The notes beneath the pieces are model-generated. The model saw only the letters and a list, made by a program, of their open reading frames with translations, had not been told where the DNA came from and did not search any database. From assembly GCA_002104905.1 (NCBI GenBank), contig MCFE01000416.1, forward strand, positions 14,917 to 78,916: a DNA stretch of 64,000 bases, in the 5' to 3' direction. Below are positions 26,301 through 37,000 of this stretch, in pieces; within the stretch, counting starts at the first letter, position 1; every line of letters begins with the position of its first letter. Source of the DNA: Basidiobolus meristosporus CBS 931.73 (lineage: Eukaryota; Fungi; Basidiobolomycota). The position numbers and the translations under genes are program-made.

Positions 26301-26701
26301 CCGTCTGTGAGCGGAGCAGGACTTTGAGCTGATGATCGATTTTTCGGATTCGAAAGCCCAGTTTGTTCAGCACGTCATCGATGGAACGTAAAGAGTGTTC
26401 TAAAAACGAACAAGAGTGTTAATTTTCCGGCCAACCTCAGCCCATTGAAGCTCCTCGGTCCGCAACAACTCCAAGTCAACTTCTCTAGGAAGTCCACTCA
26501 ACAGTATAAAACACGAAAGCACCAACCGTTGGGAAATATCTGATTGATGCACTCCACTGGTTCGAAAGTAGGCGTGTCCAAAGGGTCAGTGATGTTCAGA
26601 ATATCGTGCATTCTCTCCTCGATGTTTGCCGGAAGCTGTATCACTTCCATCTCGGTCGAATTCTCAACATTCTCGTCTTGGATTTTGGCCTCCACGGTCA
26701 T
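23353..26701 (-). CDS. VPS53: GARP/EARP subunit Vps53; multi-exon
   Basis: MTVEAKIQD..DPLDTPTFEPVECINQIF; DYAKRNLTTTITALRRLQML; LVLNTADYCLTSVAQLEEKL; LEGLLKVILAPMNPQENPDSFIEKYILLCPDATFINYQKVLELK; stop after EPSNQGF. Confidence 0.93.
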
Positions 26702-26989
26702 ATGTATGAATAAGTGGGTCACCACACGTAAAGCAACCTCTTAGACTGCTGATATGTTGAGCTACGTATTCTCTTATGGGGCTTGATCAATGCATGAAAT
26801 CAACCATTGATTTCAATCAGGTTCGATTCAGGATTTCGGCTATTTTCTAGACGCTCAGAATTCCATATTTATTTTTGTGTGTACATCATCAGGGTTGGTA
26901 ACAAATGATATTAATGTTAGTTTACTCTATTGTATACCGCTTACTAAGTGCTGATAAGTACTACATTCTTGAGACTTGAGCAGGTGCTT

Positions 26990-27197
26990 TGAGGCAATAT
27001 AGAAGACTGATTGGTATATGACTTACTTGTTGGCCTTGTAACCTGAAGTCAGGTGTTTCTACTTTTTGCTAAATTTGTATAGAGCCAGCTGGCACTCAGC
27101 CTGTTTCTACACTGTTGTTTATTGACTGGATATTGTCTCTTTTTTGCACTCCAAACCTACCAACTCCACTGGTGCTCTTACTTTTGTTGTCAAAGTG
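26990..27197 (-). pseudogene. Highly degraded copia-type RNase H fragment (tentative)
   Basis: Minus-strand frames give D..KSTSG..W.AKKRQ..SWL..PT....NQSSI, resembling the copia RKSTSG..W.SKKQ..WL..PT...DNQSAI motif order, but only with frame changes. Confidence 0.3.
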
Positions 27198-27793
27198 TGT
27201 AATTCCACCTAAATATTCACCTAACTTAGTCACCTAGATCATTACTTACAAATCCTAGCAAATACTGACAAAATTCTTTATTGGGATTCACTTGGAATAT
27301 TTTCACCAAAATATCAGGTACCCAGAACCTGAGAACTTGATAGGTTGTTCAAACAGCCCCAAAATCTGCACACATGTTCCTGATGTTGTAAGAGTCTTGG
27401 AGATATTGGAAGTATTTTGGAGAACAAGTAGATTATGTGGTTTTTGTTGTAAAAATTTGTAATTCCACCTAAATATTCACCTAACTTAGTTGCTTAGATC
27501 ATTACCCTTAAATCCTAGAGAATACTGACCAAATTCCTTGTTGGGATTTACTTGGAATATTTTCATCAAAATACCAGGTACCCAGAACATGAAAATTCTC
27601 AGAGTTGTCCAAACAGCCCCAAACTCTGCACACATGCTCTTAGGACCTTCCTTAACCTATTCTATGTGTTTGTAATGCCAAGACCAGGTAAAAGTACAAA
27701 TACTACTTTTACATTCAATAAATCATTAAGTGAATATCACATAATCTACTTGTTCTCCTAATCACTTCCAATATCTCCAAGACTCTTACAACA
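27198..27793 (+). repeat. Cluster of copia-family LTR pieces: forward 5' fragment 27198-27380, inverted 3' fragment 27384-27440, full forward LTR 27458-27793
   Basis: TGTAATTCCACCTAAATATTC starts at 27198 and 27458. The full copy ends CCAAGACTCTTACAACA like the copia LTR at 45195-45483. 27384-27440 is the reverse complement of that LTR end. Confidence 0.85.
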
Positions 27794-28627
27794 GGAACAA
27801 GTCAAGTGCATTCTGCTTGGCCTTGAGTTCCTGATGGTTCCATGGTATGCCAGCTTTAAGGTGATGGTGTGCTATACTCCTGATGACCTCTTGAATATCA
27901 GCCCACTCTTCATTTTTGCACTCAACAGCTTCACAGATCTTCAATGTCTTTTGATATTTAGGCTTTGGTCTAAACACCACATTGTCTCCCTCCCACACTG
28001 TGATAGGCTTTTCTGTGGGCTTTATCTTTGGGCATTGTTGTTGTGCTTCAATGACTGTGCAGTGTTCCTCTGCTGCTACATCAGGAGATGGCTCAATTCT
28101 TGGCTGTGACATTGAGCTACTTGAGTTCCTTCTTTGCAGCAAAGATACTGCTTTCTCTACCTGCAATATTGATTATTCTACATGTATTATCCGCTCATCC
28201 TGTTTCTGGACTAATTCCTAATCTCTCTGGGCAATTGCATCAGTCCTATCAGCCACTGCACCTAGTTGCTTGATTAGTGCTTTGGTATGAGCTGACAATA
28301 TACTTACTAATATGGGGGGTGGCAATGTTATGACAGCCACTTGCTGGTCTTCAACTGAGGGTACTGCATTTGCTACCTTCTCATCTGCCTGAGCATAATG
28401 TTCAGCTTGTGGCTCTGCAGAGGTTCTCAATTGCCTACTTGACTGAGAGCCCAAGGAGTCCGCATTATTACCTTCAGTGGGCACACTGTTAACATGATCT
28501 TTATTGAATGTAGCCCTGCTTGTTGCACAGAATGTCAAAGCAAGCTGTTGTCCAACCATTCTTCTGCTGCTGTCAGTGGTGAGGTTTGGTTGGGAACCAA
28601 ACAACTTTGCTTTATTTTCGGTGGCAT
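27794..28627 (-). pseudogene. CMC copy A accessory ORF (5' part only, frameshifted)
   Basis: KAKLFGSQPNLTTDSSRRMVGQQLALTF.. and WADIQEVIRSIAHHHLKAGIPWNHQELKAKQNALDLF, matching copy B 39913-40670. Confidence 0.8.
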
Positions 28628-28849
28628 AAATATGGAAGTGAGTCAAAACAAAGGGGAAATAGTGTTACATATACATGTGTATGTGGTGCCACAACTTTAT
28701 TTATAATGCTTACTATGGCAGGTCATTGTTGAATCTTACATTCATGTAGGTGGGATGTCTCAAATACAAGACTGTCATAGATTCACATGTGTATTGACCA
28801 AAAAGTGATATAATAGTGTTACATTGTTGAAGGTCAAACTGTTTGCCCC

Positions 28850-31540
28850 ATGGACAAGACTACTTTGATTCAACACTATAAGAGAAGAGAAAAAAGACCA
28901 TGTGGCTATTGTGGCAAGCCTCTCAGCCATGTAGCATGCAGACAGCATTGGAAGTATTACAAGGATCATGGCAAGTGTTTTGCTACACAAGTCATATTTG
29001 ACCATTCATTGGTCACTACTGTACCAACATTATCTTGCTAGCCAGTTGATACTTCTATATTGGCTCCTGGCTGTCTTTGTCACCTTACGCAAACTGAGTC
29101 AGGTGAGTTTGTGATGCCTTTAGGCTCACCTCAGCCTTCTGAATATGGCACACAGAGTGATAGCTCCAACAAAGAATGTTCACTGATGGATTTTGAGCCT
29201 ATCACCACTAAAAACAGAACCATATATGAGCCTGGTCAAACTCCTATATGCAATGAGACAACACCTGTTGAAAAATATGCCAAGGATACTTTATGGAGCT
29301 AAGTGAGCCCAGTAATCCATCTACTGGTGAATGATATAATGTTGTGGCTAGAAAAGTGGTGCATTTCCACTAATACCAGTAATGGGGGCTTTGAGGATTT
29401 ATTACTACTTCTTGCCAAAATCATTCAGGGATGCAACTTACCATGTACATGGTACAAGTGGACAATCATCATGAGGCTGGCAACATTTGATCCAGACACT
29501 TTCCTGATTTCGGCATGTGCTCACAGTTGCATGGCATTCACATCTGAAAATACTGCCATTGCAATGTATCCAAATTGTCAGGAATCCACCACCCTTGAGG
29601 GAAAACATTGTTCACACTCCAGAAATATTCTGGTAATACCCTGTCAGAGGAAGCTGATGCAGTCCAACAAATATTGCAAAGCTATACAGTACTGCACTCA
29701 GTATCAATCAAGTACAAACATATCCAATGTATTTGATGGCAAACATTACAAACCGCATAGAAGCAAGGGCTACTTTGAAGGTATGCATGACCATGCCTTT
29801 GCCTTGGCACTTGATGGATTCTCATCAAACAAGTACTCTACCAGCAAATCCTGCTGGCCACTGATTCTCATCAATCTGAATCTGCTGCCCATCTTACAGT
29901 ATCAGAGCAATAATCTGATGGTAGTCTCACTGGTATCTGGGCTAAAATTAACATCAAACCTGGATACCTACTAGTATCCATTACTGGATGAACTTTGTAT
30001 GCTTTTCAGCGGGATAACAGTTAATGGCCATCATGTAAAAGCGCATATTATTATCTGCATTGGAGATACCCCAGCCATCAGCAAGATAGCAGGTTTTTCC
30101 GGGTACAATGGATGGTATTGCTTTCAAATGTGTGAGATCCAGAGGATTTACTCCATAAATCACATACATTATTATTACCCAAACACCAGCACTGAGAACT
30201 TCACCTTTCTACAGAGAGAACATACAGAAGCCAGCATGCAATTGCGGCAAAGTTGGCAAGCTATAAGCCATTGGCCAGAATATGGAATCAATCAGAAACT
30301 AACAATACTTGAGATAGAGGGTATCTGTGGGAGCAAAAGCTTTCCACTGGGAGCAATGCATTTGCTTTTCACCAATATCTCTATACTGATGACTAAGTTG
30401 TACATGGGGCATTTCAAGCTAAATGAGCCCTTTGAGATACTTGAGAAATCTGAAAGAATTGGCAAAATATTACAGAGTATCTGCTACCCTAAGTACTTCT
30501 CACAGGCTCCAATTAATATTCATACAGATATACAACAATACCAATGCAAAGGCTGGATAAACTGGATATATATTTATTCAAGTGGCATTCTGAAGCCATT
30601 CCTACCTAGGGTACATTGGAAGCATTGGAAGTCATATGTGGACACTGTAGGAATATTTATTCAGAAGCAGATCACCAATACCAACTTGACACATCTACAG
30701 CCGTTGTGCAAGGAGTTTGTGACAGGATTTGAGCAGTTATACTACAAACATAAAGCTGAATGCATATATCTCTGCCACTACTGTATCCATTCTCTATTTG
30801 ATCTTGCATGGTGTGTGGAGAATATTGGGCCTTGCCTCACCTTTTGGAGTTTCCTATGGAGCAGATGTGTAAGGAGATAGAAAGACAAGTCAAATTGCAG
30901 GTACCACCATATCCCAATCTCATCAAGAATATTACCTTCAAGTCCATCATGGATGTGATGAGTTAGCACATGAAGGACAGTCAGGAAGAGTTGGAAAATA
31001 CTGAGGACAAATGTGCACATGGAGACACATATGTCTATGGCATTAAGAAGCTAAGCTGCCCCAATGTATGGGTGATCAGTTAAGTAATGCAAAGTTAGGT
31101 TGGGTGCAACAAGCAACTAATTATTATTAGGAAAACTATACCAATGTATGCCAGATCTCTCTTGGTCACAACCCAACTTCTACACCATTCAATATGGGAT
31201 TCACACAAACAAAAGCCAGATTGCACCTATGATGGGGACTAGAATCCAGCAGGGAGAAGGAATGTATTGGCTAAGTACCAAGAAGTTTGTTGCAGATATT
31301 CAGGAGGTATTTGTGGCAGAAGTGGCAACAACCAAGCATATGTTTGCAAGATGTTTATGTTATCACCAATATAAGGTATATGGCAACTTTGCAGGTATCA
31401 CACTAAAAAGCCGTAAGGATGAGGTGATAGAAGTATGTCAATTGCGGCAGGTGTGCACAATTGTAATGGTAAGTAAGCAGGAGGCCATAGTTTTTTTTGG
31501 TTCAAACTATATGTGGATTACCCAAGGTAGTAGTGGGTAA
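28850..31540 (+). pseudogene. CMC copy A tnp2-type DDE transposase with several stops and frameshifts
   Basis: MDKTTLIQHYKRREKRPCGYC..; FALALDGFS..SCWPLILINLNL; CIGDTPAISKIAGFSG; colinear with copy B 37001-39690. Confidence 0.88.
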
Positions 31541-31839
31541 GTAAATAAAGAGGGGTGACTCTACAGTGGAATATATGAATTGCACAAGGGGAGGTAGAAA
31601 AAGGAAATACCATTTGGTAAATTGGTACGGTAGCATTATACAGAACCAGCTGTGGGCCATCATACTGGCAATAGAATGCCATCAGAGTTTTGCTGAGAGG
31701 ACATAGAAATACCATCAAGTTTCATGCCATATACGGCAATTGAATTTCCTGACTGCTTGGATCCACTTAAAATAGTTGTAGAGCTCAAAAAGACCGCAAC
31801 AATACATTAGACTTGTTCCATCATACCGTGCCAGGGCGT

Positions 31840-32907
31840 TGTGGTGGTGTATAGGTCCAAGGGAGAGATACGTCCAACACTTCTCAAGTGTTTTGTGTGT
31901 GGGGTGTTCACTGGGTGCAATAACCTCTGGCAAAAGCTTGCTAGGAATACTTGGGTTCTGTCTCTAATCTAATGTGAAGGGGAATAAAGCCACAAGCTTG
32001 TCAAGGGAAAACTATTGAGCTACAATCCCCAACTTAGTTGGCGTCTTAACAAAAGTATGTGCTGGGTTCAGCGTCCTTTGAGATGACAATGTACTAAAGC
32101 TTCCAAAGTCAAAACAACTGTAAACTCCACCAGCAGGGACTTGATAAGAATGCAGCTGTGGTCAATAGTTACAAAGACAGAAAAGTATCTTTGCCTGTAC
32201 AAGAACAAACTTGGGAAAGAATCAAATATAATAAAAGATACCTACTCTGAGTATTCCTCACAAGTAGTGCCTCCAAGGTCAGTTGGCTGTCAGCGCGGTT
32301 TCCTGGGAGTGTCCTGTGGTCTAGGGTTGGAAGTTCAGGCAGCAGGTAGCAGTGATCACACTAATCAACAAGTTGGTATATTGATAAAAGGGATGATGAT
32401 TTATTGTTGAGGGATAGCCTCCCTTATATACTTTTCTTACTGGCTAAGTGATTACTAATCATGGTGTTCCAGAAGGTTCCGGATATCAATAGAAATCTTA
32501 ATGACATCAGAATGACCTAAGAATGTTCTAAGTAGGTGCCGGAAGGTTCTAAGAGGCACAGCACATCCAACCAATCAGGAATCAGTACTCTGAAACCTGT
32601 GTAACATGGGGATACCATATATGGTATGGAAATGGTAGGGATGGTGACACGGGTTGATCATGTGTCACAGGTACTGGCGCGGGTACTTGCCTAATATAGA
32701 AGCACTTGCAACTAGTAATCTTACATAAAGTGAGGGGTAACTTATGCAATAAGGTAAGCAGGTGTGATAGTCAACTGGCTTATGGGATAGTACTGATTGG
32801 GTATGACAAATGGGATAAAACTAAAATGAGTATAGTAGGGATATAGGGAAGTAGAAAATAAGGGAATGAGCACATCTGTCAGTGGGTGTCACTGTCACCC
32901 CACTACA
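31840..32907 (-). mobile_element. Solo LTR (1068 bp) in the subterminal region of PHIS copy 1
   Basis: TGTGGTGG..CCACTACA termini; 4-bp TSD GCGT (31836-39 and 32908-11). The empty site is visible in PHIS copy 2 near 63605-63620. Minus-strand TATATAA near 32430 is followed by AATAAA near 32400. Confidence 0.85.
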
Positions 32908-33694
32908 GCGTGCGGTGTGATCTGCGGTTGTAAAGAATGATTGGGCGCAATATTATAGCTACCAGAAGGAAGGATTGTTCTTGGACAATTTTGCACTATG
33001 CGCGACAATCTTGCACACTATGGCACAATCTGACACAATGAGGTTGGAACGGATGATTGCGCCAACTTGTAATGTTTGCATCACGTGCGCGATTGGATAC
33101 CGCCATTATGGCAGGTAAAATCCGGTATTTGGATATGTTTCTTTAATGTAAATGGAAATAAATGTGTATCGCACTATAAACTACACTAATACTTACCATT
33201 TTGGTTATCCTCACTCCAATTGGACGGTATCTCAGTGGTTAATTGGTCTAAAAGTATCCTGAAGCTGGCAGCCCCCAATTGGCTCATTGACTACTAAAAA
33301 AGCTACCTGATTTGCCATCAAATATCCAATATTGCTCATTGAGCAAGTAAATCCCTGATCCTAGTGATTGGACAAGGTGTCATAGCCAGCACGCAAGCAA
33401 TCGTGTAGGTGCAAAACAGATCCAATAGCTGCACTGGTATTACAGATGACGTATATATATGCAGGGTGTTTATTTATAGGGGTTCTGTCTCAAATGTGAG
33501 ACAACCTTGATATTACTTATTTCAAAAATTTGATGATCACTGATTTGCAATGGCTTGATTTGGATCGCAAAAAAAAAGGGTTGTTGGGATCATTACAAAT
33601 GTGAGCAATTCAAAGCAATTGCATCATCTTCTCCTGGGTTTTTTTCTCACAGGGATTACTACTGAAGCATTTGGTAGTGACTCACTTTGCACAC

Positions 33695-34870
33695 CTATAC
33701 TACTTCCTGGCTGACTATCATCTTGCTACTTGTGTATTTGTAGTCAGTATTTTGCCTCCTAGTTGATGAGTGCAATGCTACAGCTTGGCTGCGCTGAATT
33801 GCTCCAACTGAACCAACTGAACCGGCCTGTAGTGCCACGCGCTGACGCGTTCTTTTACTTGCCAAGGGCTCTGGTGGTTGAGGTACTTCATGTTGGTCAT
33901 CATCAGTCAGTTCACCAGAAGTAACTCGCTGATGGTCAGGCAAAACGGCACGCACAGGCGTGCCTTGACGTGTTGAGATGGCCCTTGGCTGAGTTTGATG
34001 TGATGCTGCAAGTTGACGCGACTCGGTCTGCTCCAATGGACTTGTGTCTAAATGAGCAGTTTGGCAAGTTCTTGTAGTTTTGCTCTGAAGCACGCGTGTT
34101 GACCCAACGTGTGTTGACTCAATGCGGGGCATTCTGGTAAAGGGTGTTGGCATGCTCTGGACTGACGTGCACCGGCACGCTGTGGTTGCAAGAGATGGTA
34201 GGGAATCCAGCAAGGCGTGCTGGCGCAATCTGGATGATGTTGCTTGCGGTCTGTATTCTTCCTCCTGAAGCTCACCATCTGATTCCTCAAGGTATTCACT
34301 TACCCTCTGTCTGATACTTTGGAGCTGTTGCCTGGATGAGTCCTGTGTATATTGCTCTTGGAAGCCACTTAGCTCTACTAATATATCACGTAGTACATTA
34401 GTCATTTGAGGCAAAAACTCATTCAAAATCTCTTTGGTTCCCAAAGTTGAGGCACAAACAGACGGGTCCGGCCTGTACTGTGCAAATTGCGCGCAAAATT
34501 GCTCCCACGCAGCTTCTTTGTCAAATCCCCTCACTCTCAGCTCATTCTTGATTTCAATACTTGTCTTGTTATATATCTTTTTACATACATTGGCTGGCAT
34601 CTTGATGTAGAACTCATGCCACAGCTTTCTACTCAAATTCTTCCATCTTTGTTGACTCTCTGAGGTATCTAGTTCTGCTAGATTAATCAGTAGTGCCCAA
34701 ATATCTGTATGAAGGCTCATCATAGACACTTGGGCCATACTAAAATCATTTGGCAAGAACTTGAATGGATCCAACATCAACTTTTCTGGTCCAGACCATG
34801 CTTGTGAGCTGGGGGATGGGTTTTGTCTGGGTTGTACTAAAGATGAGTTGAGGCTTGGTATGGGGACCAT
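33695..34870 (-). CDS. PHIS copy 1 accessory ORF1 (391 aa, unknown function); probably frameshifted near its 3' end relative to copy 2
   Basis: Open frame inside the TIRs, divergent from the transposase; homologue at 61636-62985. Copy 1 AGTAGCAAGATGAT versus copy 2 AGTAGCCTAGATGAT shows a 1-bp difference. Confidence 0.75.
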   Translation of the reverse strand: MVPIPSLNSSLVQPRQNPSPSSQAWSGPEKLMLDPFKFLPNDFSMAQVSMMSLHTDIWALLINLAELDTSESQQRWKNLSRKLWHEFYIKMPANVCKKIYNKTSIEIKNELRVRGFDKEAAWEQFCAQFAQYRPDPSVCASTLGTKEILNEFLPQMTNVLRDILVELSGFQEQYTQDSSRQQLQSIRQRVSEYLEESDGELQEEEYRPQATSSRLRQHALLDSLPSLATTACRCTSVQSMPTPFTRMPRIESTHVGSTRVLQSKTTRTCQTAHLDTSPLEQTESRQLAASHQTQPRAISTRQGTPVRAVLPDHQRVTSGELTDDDQHEVPQPPEPLASKRTRQRVALQAGSVGSVGAIQRSQAVALHSSTRRQNTDYKYTSSKMIVSQEVV

Positions 34871-35229
34871 AGCAATGGATTTGGATACTTATACAGCAGT
34901 ATATTGGCATCAACCTGGTCTTATATGAAATATATATGAAAACTAATGTGATTGTTGAATTTTCCATATATTATGCATGATGCATCTTGGATTGCATTGA
35001 CACGGATCAGATCACATCAATTGCAGATTTCCCATTTGATCATAGACCTATGATTAAAGCATCCATAAAAGTACCAAGGCATTGTTTGCGGATGATTTTT
35101 GCAACATAATGATGGGATACATGGCAATTGATGGAGATTTAACCATAATGTATTAAAAATCAGATAAATAAGGCGGATCGTGCCAAATCAATTCAAACCG
35201 CCTGAATACAATCATCCACCAATTTTAAT

Positions 35230-36114
35230 ATGACTTACTCATCTGAATGGTCTTTTCTCATCAATCCCATCACTACCACTGGATTTCCTTTTGACACACT
35301 AGAGGAGATCTATTCCAAGTACTGTGGACCATCAACCCCAATCTACTCAAGGAGATCCCTTGTCAAGCTTCTCTGCTATTACAAGAACTATTGCCCTACA
35401 AGGTTTCATCCCACCATCCATGGCAACAAAAGTCCTAGAAGCTTTCATTCCCAGCTGACAGCAATGGAGAACCACCTTGCAGAGGGTATGAACGACTTAG
35501 AGCAAGCTTGGAATACTAGGTTCAGAAGCTCCAATAGACTTCCATATCCTAGAGTGTTCAGCAACAGGTTCCATAGCAGGAGTATTTTGGATACCTTCCC
35601 AGTGAGGATTAACAGACCTTCTAGAGGGCAGACGCACTTTTATTCTGGCAAGTACAAGGCACACTGTGTGAAGTTTCAAGCACTGTCTGACATTGAGGGT
35701 AACATCATCTGGTTTAGTGGGCCATTTGCTGGAAGTAGGCATGACAAAGCACTCTGGGTAGAGAATCATCCTGAATTCAGTAGAGGGGAGAAATGTACGG
35801 CAGACTTAGCTTATATAGGAGAGGATTGTCAAAGATTAGGATGTATTACAGCTTATAGGAAGCCAAGGAATAGTGTACTTAGCAGGAAGCAGAAGCTCTA
35901 CAATGAGATATTTAATCATTTCAGAGTAGGGGTAGAGCACACAATTGGATATCTGAAGAGATTCAGCATATTGGCAGGTAAATACAGAGGAAAGTCATAT
36001 ATAGGAGAAAACAGCAGAATAGGTAAAATAGTTAAGATACCTATTAATGCACAGTATGTTCATACAAGAAGACATCCACTGAGAGAAATGTGTCTGGAGC
36101 ATTATGAAGAGTAA
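35230..36114 (+). CDS. DDE_Tnp_4-type (IS5/Harbinger) transposase, 294 aa, uninterrupted
   Basis: ILDTFPVRINRP..FYSGKYKAHCVKFQALSD.EGNIIWFSGPFAGSRHD..TADLAYIG..YNEIFNHFRVGVEHTIGYLKRFSIL; D-D-E triad present. Confidence 0.9.
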   Translation: MTYSSEWSFLINPITTTGFPFDTLEEIYSKYCGPSTPIYSRRSLVKLLCYYKNYCPTRFHPTIHGNKSPRSFHSQLTAMENHLAEGMNDLEQAWNTRFRSSNRLPYPRVFSNRFHSRSILDTFPVRINRPSRGQTHFYSGKYKAHCVKFQALSDIEGNIIWFSGPFAGSRHDKALWVENHPEFSRGEKCTADLAYIGEDCQRLGCITAYRKPRNSVLSRKQKLYNEIFNHFRVGVEHTIGYLKRFSILAGKYRGKSYIGENSRIGKIVKIPINAQYVHTRRHPLREMCLEHYEE

Positions 36115-37000
36115 ATAAAGCAAGGAAAGCACTATTCTGAGCAACATAAGTAAGATTGAGTAAAATTACCAGTAACTGTATCATACCACAGGCATCATGG
36201 TAGAAATTATAGTGCCAGATAGTGCCGTAGGGTGCCAGATTGATCCGGCACCATAAACAGGCTGGCACTATGTGGCACTATCCAACGGAACAAGTCTATT
36301 GCAATTATTGTTACAGCACCAATCAAATCTTGTCAAGTTTTATCCCTTTATTTGGTAGTAAAATTAGCAAAATACCTTGTAATCATGTCATAAGATTGTT
36401 AAGAGTGTTACTAATTCCAAGCTTCTGGTATTATGATGGTCTCTAAATGGGATCCTGACAGCTGATCTGGATTGGATCCACCTGCAGGACCATATTGTTT
36501 TTGATATGGCCTACAGCTTTACCCTATGAAAAATAATTTGGTCCCATGGGTGGATCCAATCCGGATCATCCGTCAAGATCCTGTTCAGAGACTGTCATAA
36601 TAACAGCAGCTTGGAATTAGTGACCCTCCTGACAATCTTATAACAAGATCATGATGGTGTTTTGCAAATTTTTCAGCCAAATAAAGGGATAAAACTTGAC
36701 AATTTTTGATCAGTGCTGTGACAATATTTGCATGTTATTGTTGCGGTCTTTCAGCGCTCTATTACTATTTTAAGTGGATCCAGTTGGCCAGGACTTCCAA
36801 TTGCCTTATATGGCAAGAAACTTGACGGTATTTTGAAGGCCTCACAGCAAGACTCTGATGGCTTTTTTTATGGCAGTATGACAGCCTGCCGCTGGTTATG
36901 TATAATGCTACCGTACCAATTTACCAAATGGTATTTCCCTTTTCTACCTCCCCTTGTGCAATTCATATATTCCACTGTAGAATCACCTTTTTTCATTTGC

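Larger units (their letters stand above)
31809..36297 (+). mobile_element. PHIS (PIF/Harbinger-IS5-like) DNA transposon copy 1; about 3.4 kb net of the solo LTR; inserted in CMC copy A
   Basis: TIRs AGACTTGTTCC..GGAACAAGTCT; 3-bp TSD ATT (31806-31808 and 36298-36300). The flanks rejoin into CMC sequence matching copy B near 36720-36740. Confidence 0.9.
27794..36509 (+). mobile_element. CMC (CACTA/EnSpm-like) transposon copy A; left end lost at the copia LTR; interrupted by PHIS copy 1
   Basis: Reverse-complement homologue of copy B. It ends in a degenerate TIR, ATTGTTTTTGATATGG at 36494-36509 (cf. ATTATTTTTCATAGGG). Confidence 0.85.

Noticed and set aside
32288-32606. Possible smaller LTR nested in the 1068-bp solo LTR (TGTCAG..GTAACA)
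   Set aside because: The flanks do not form a matching TSD (TGGC versus TGGG) and the terminal inverted repeat is weak.
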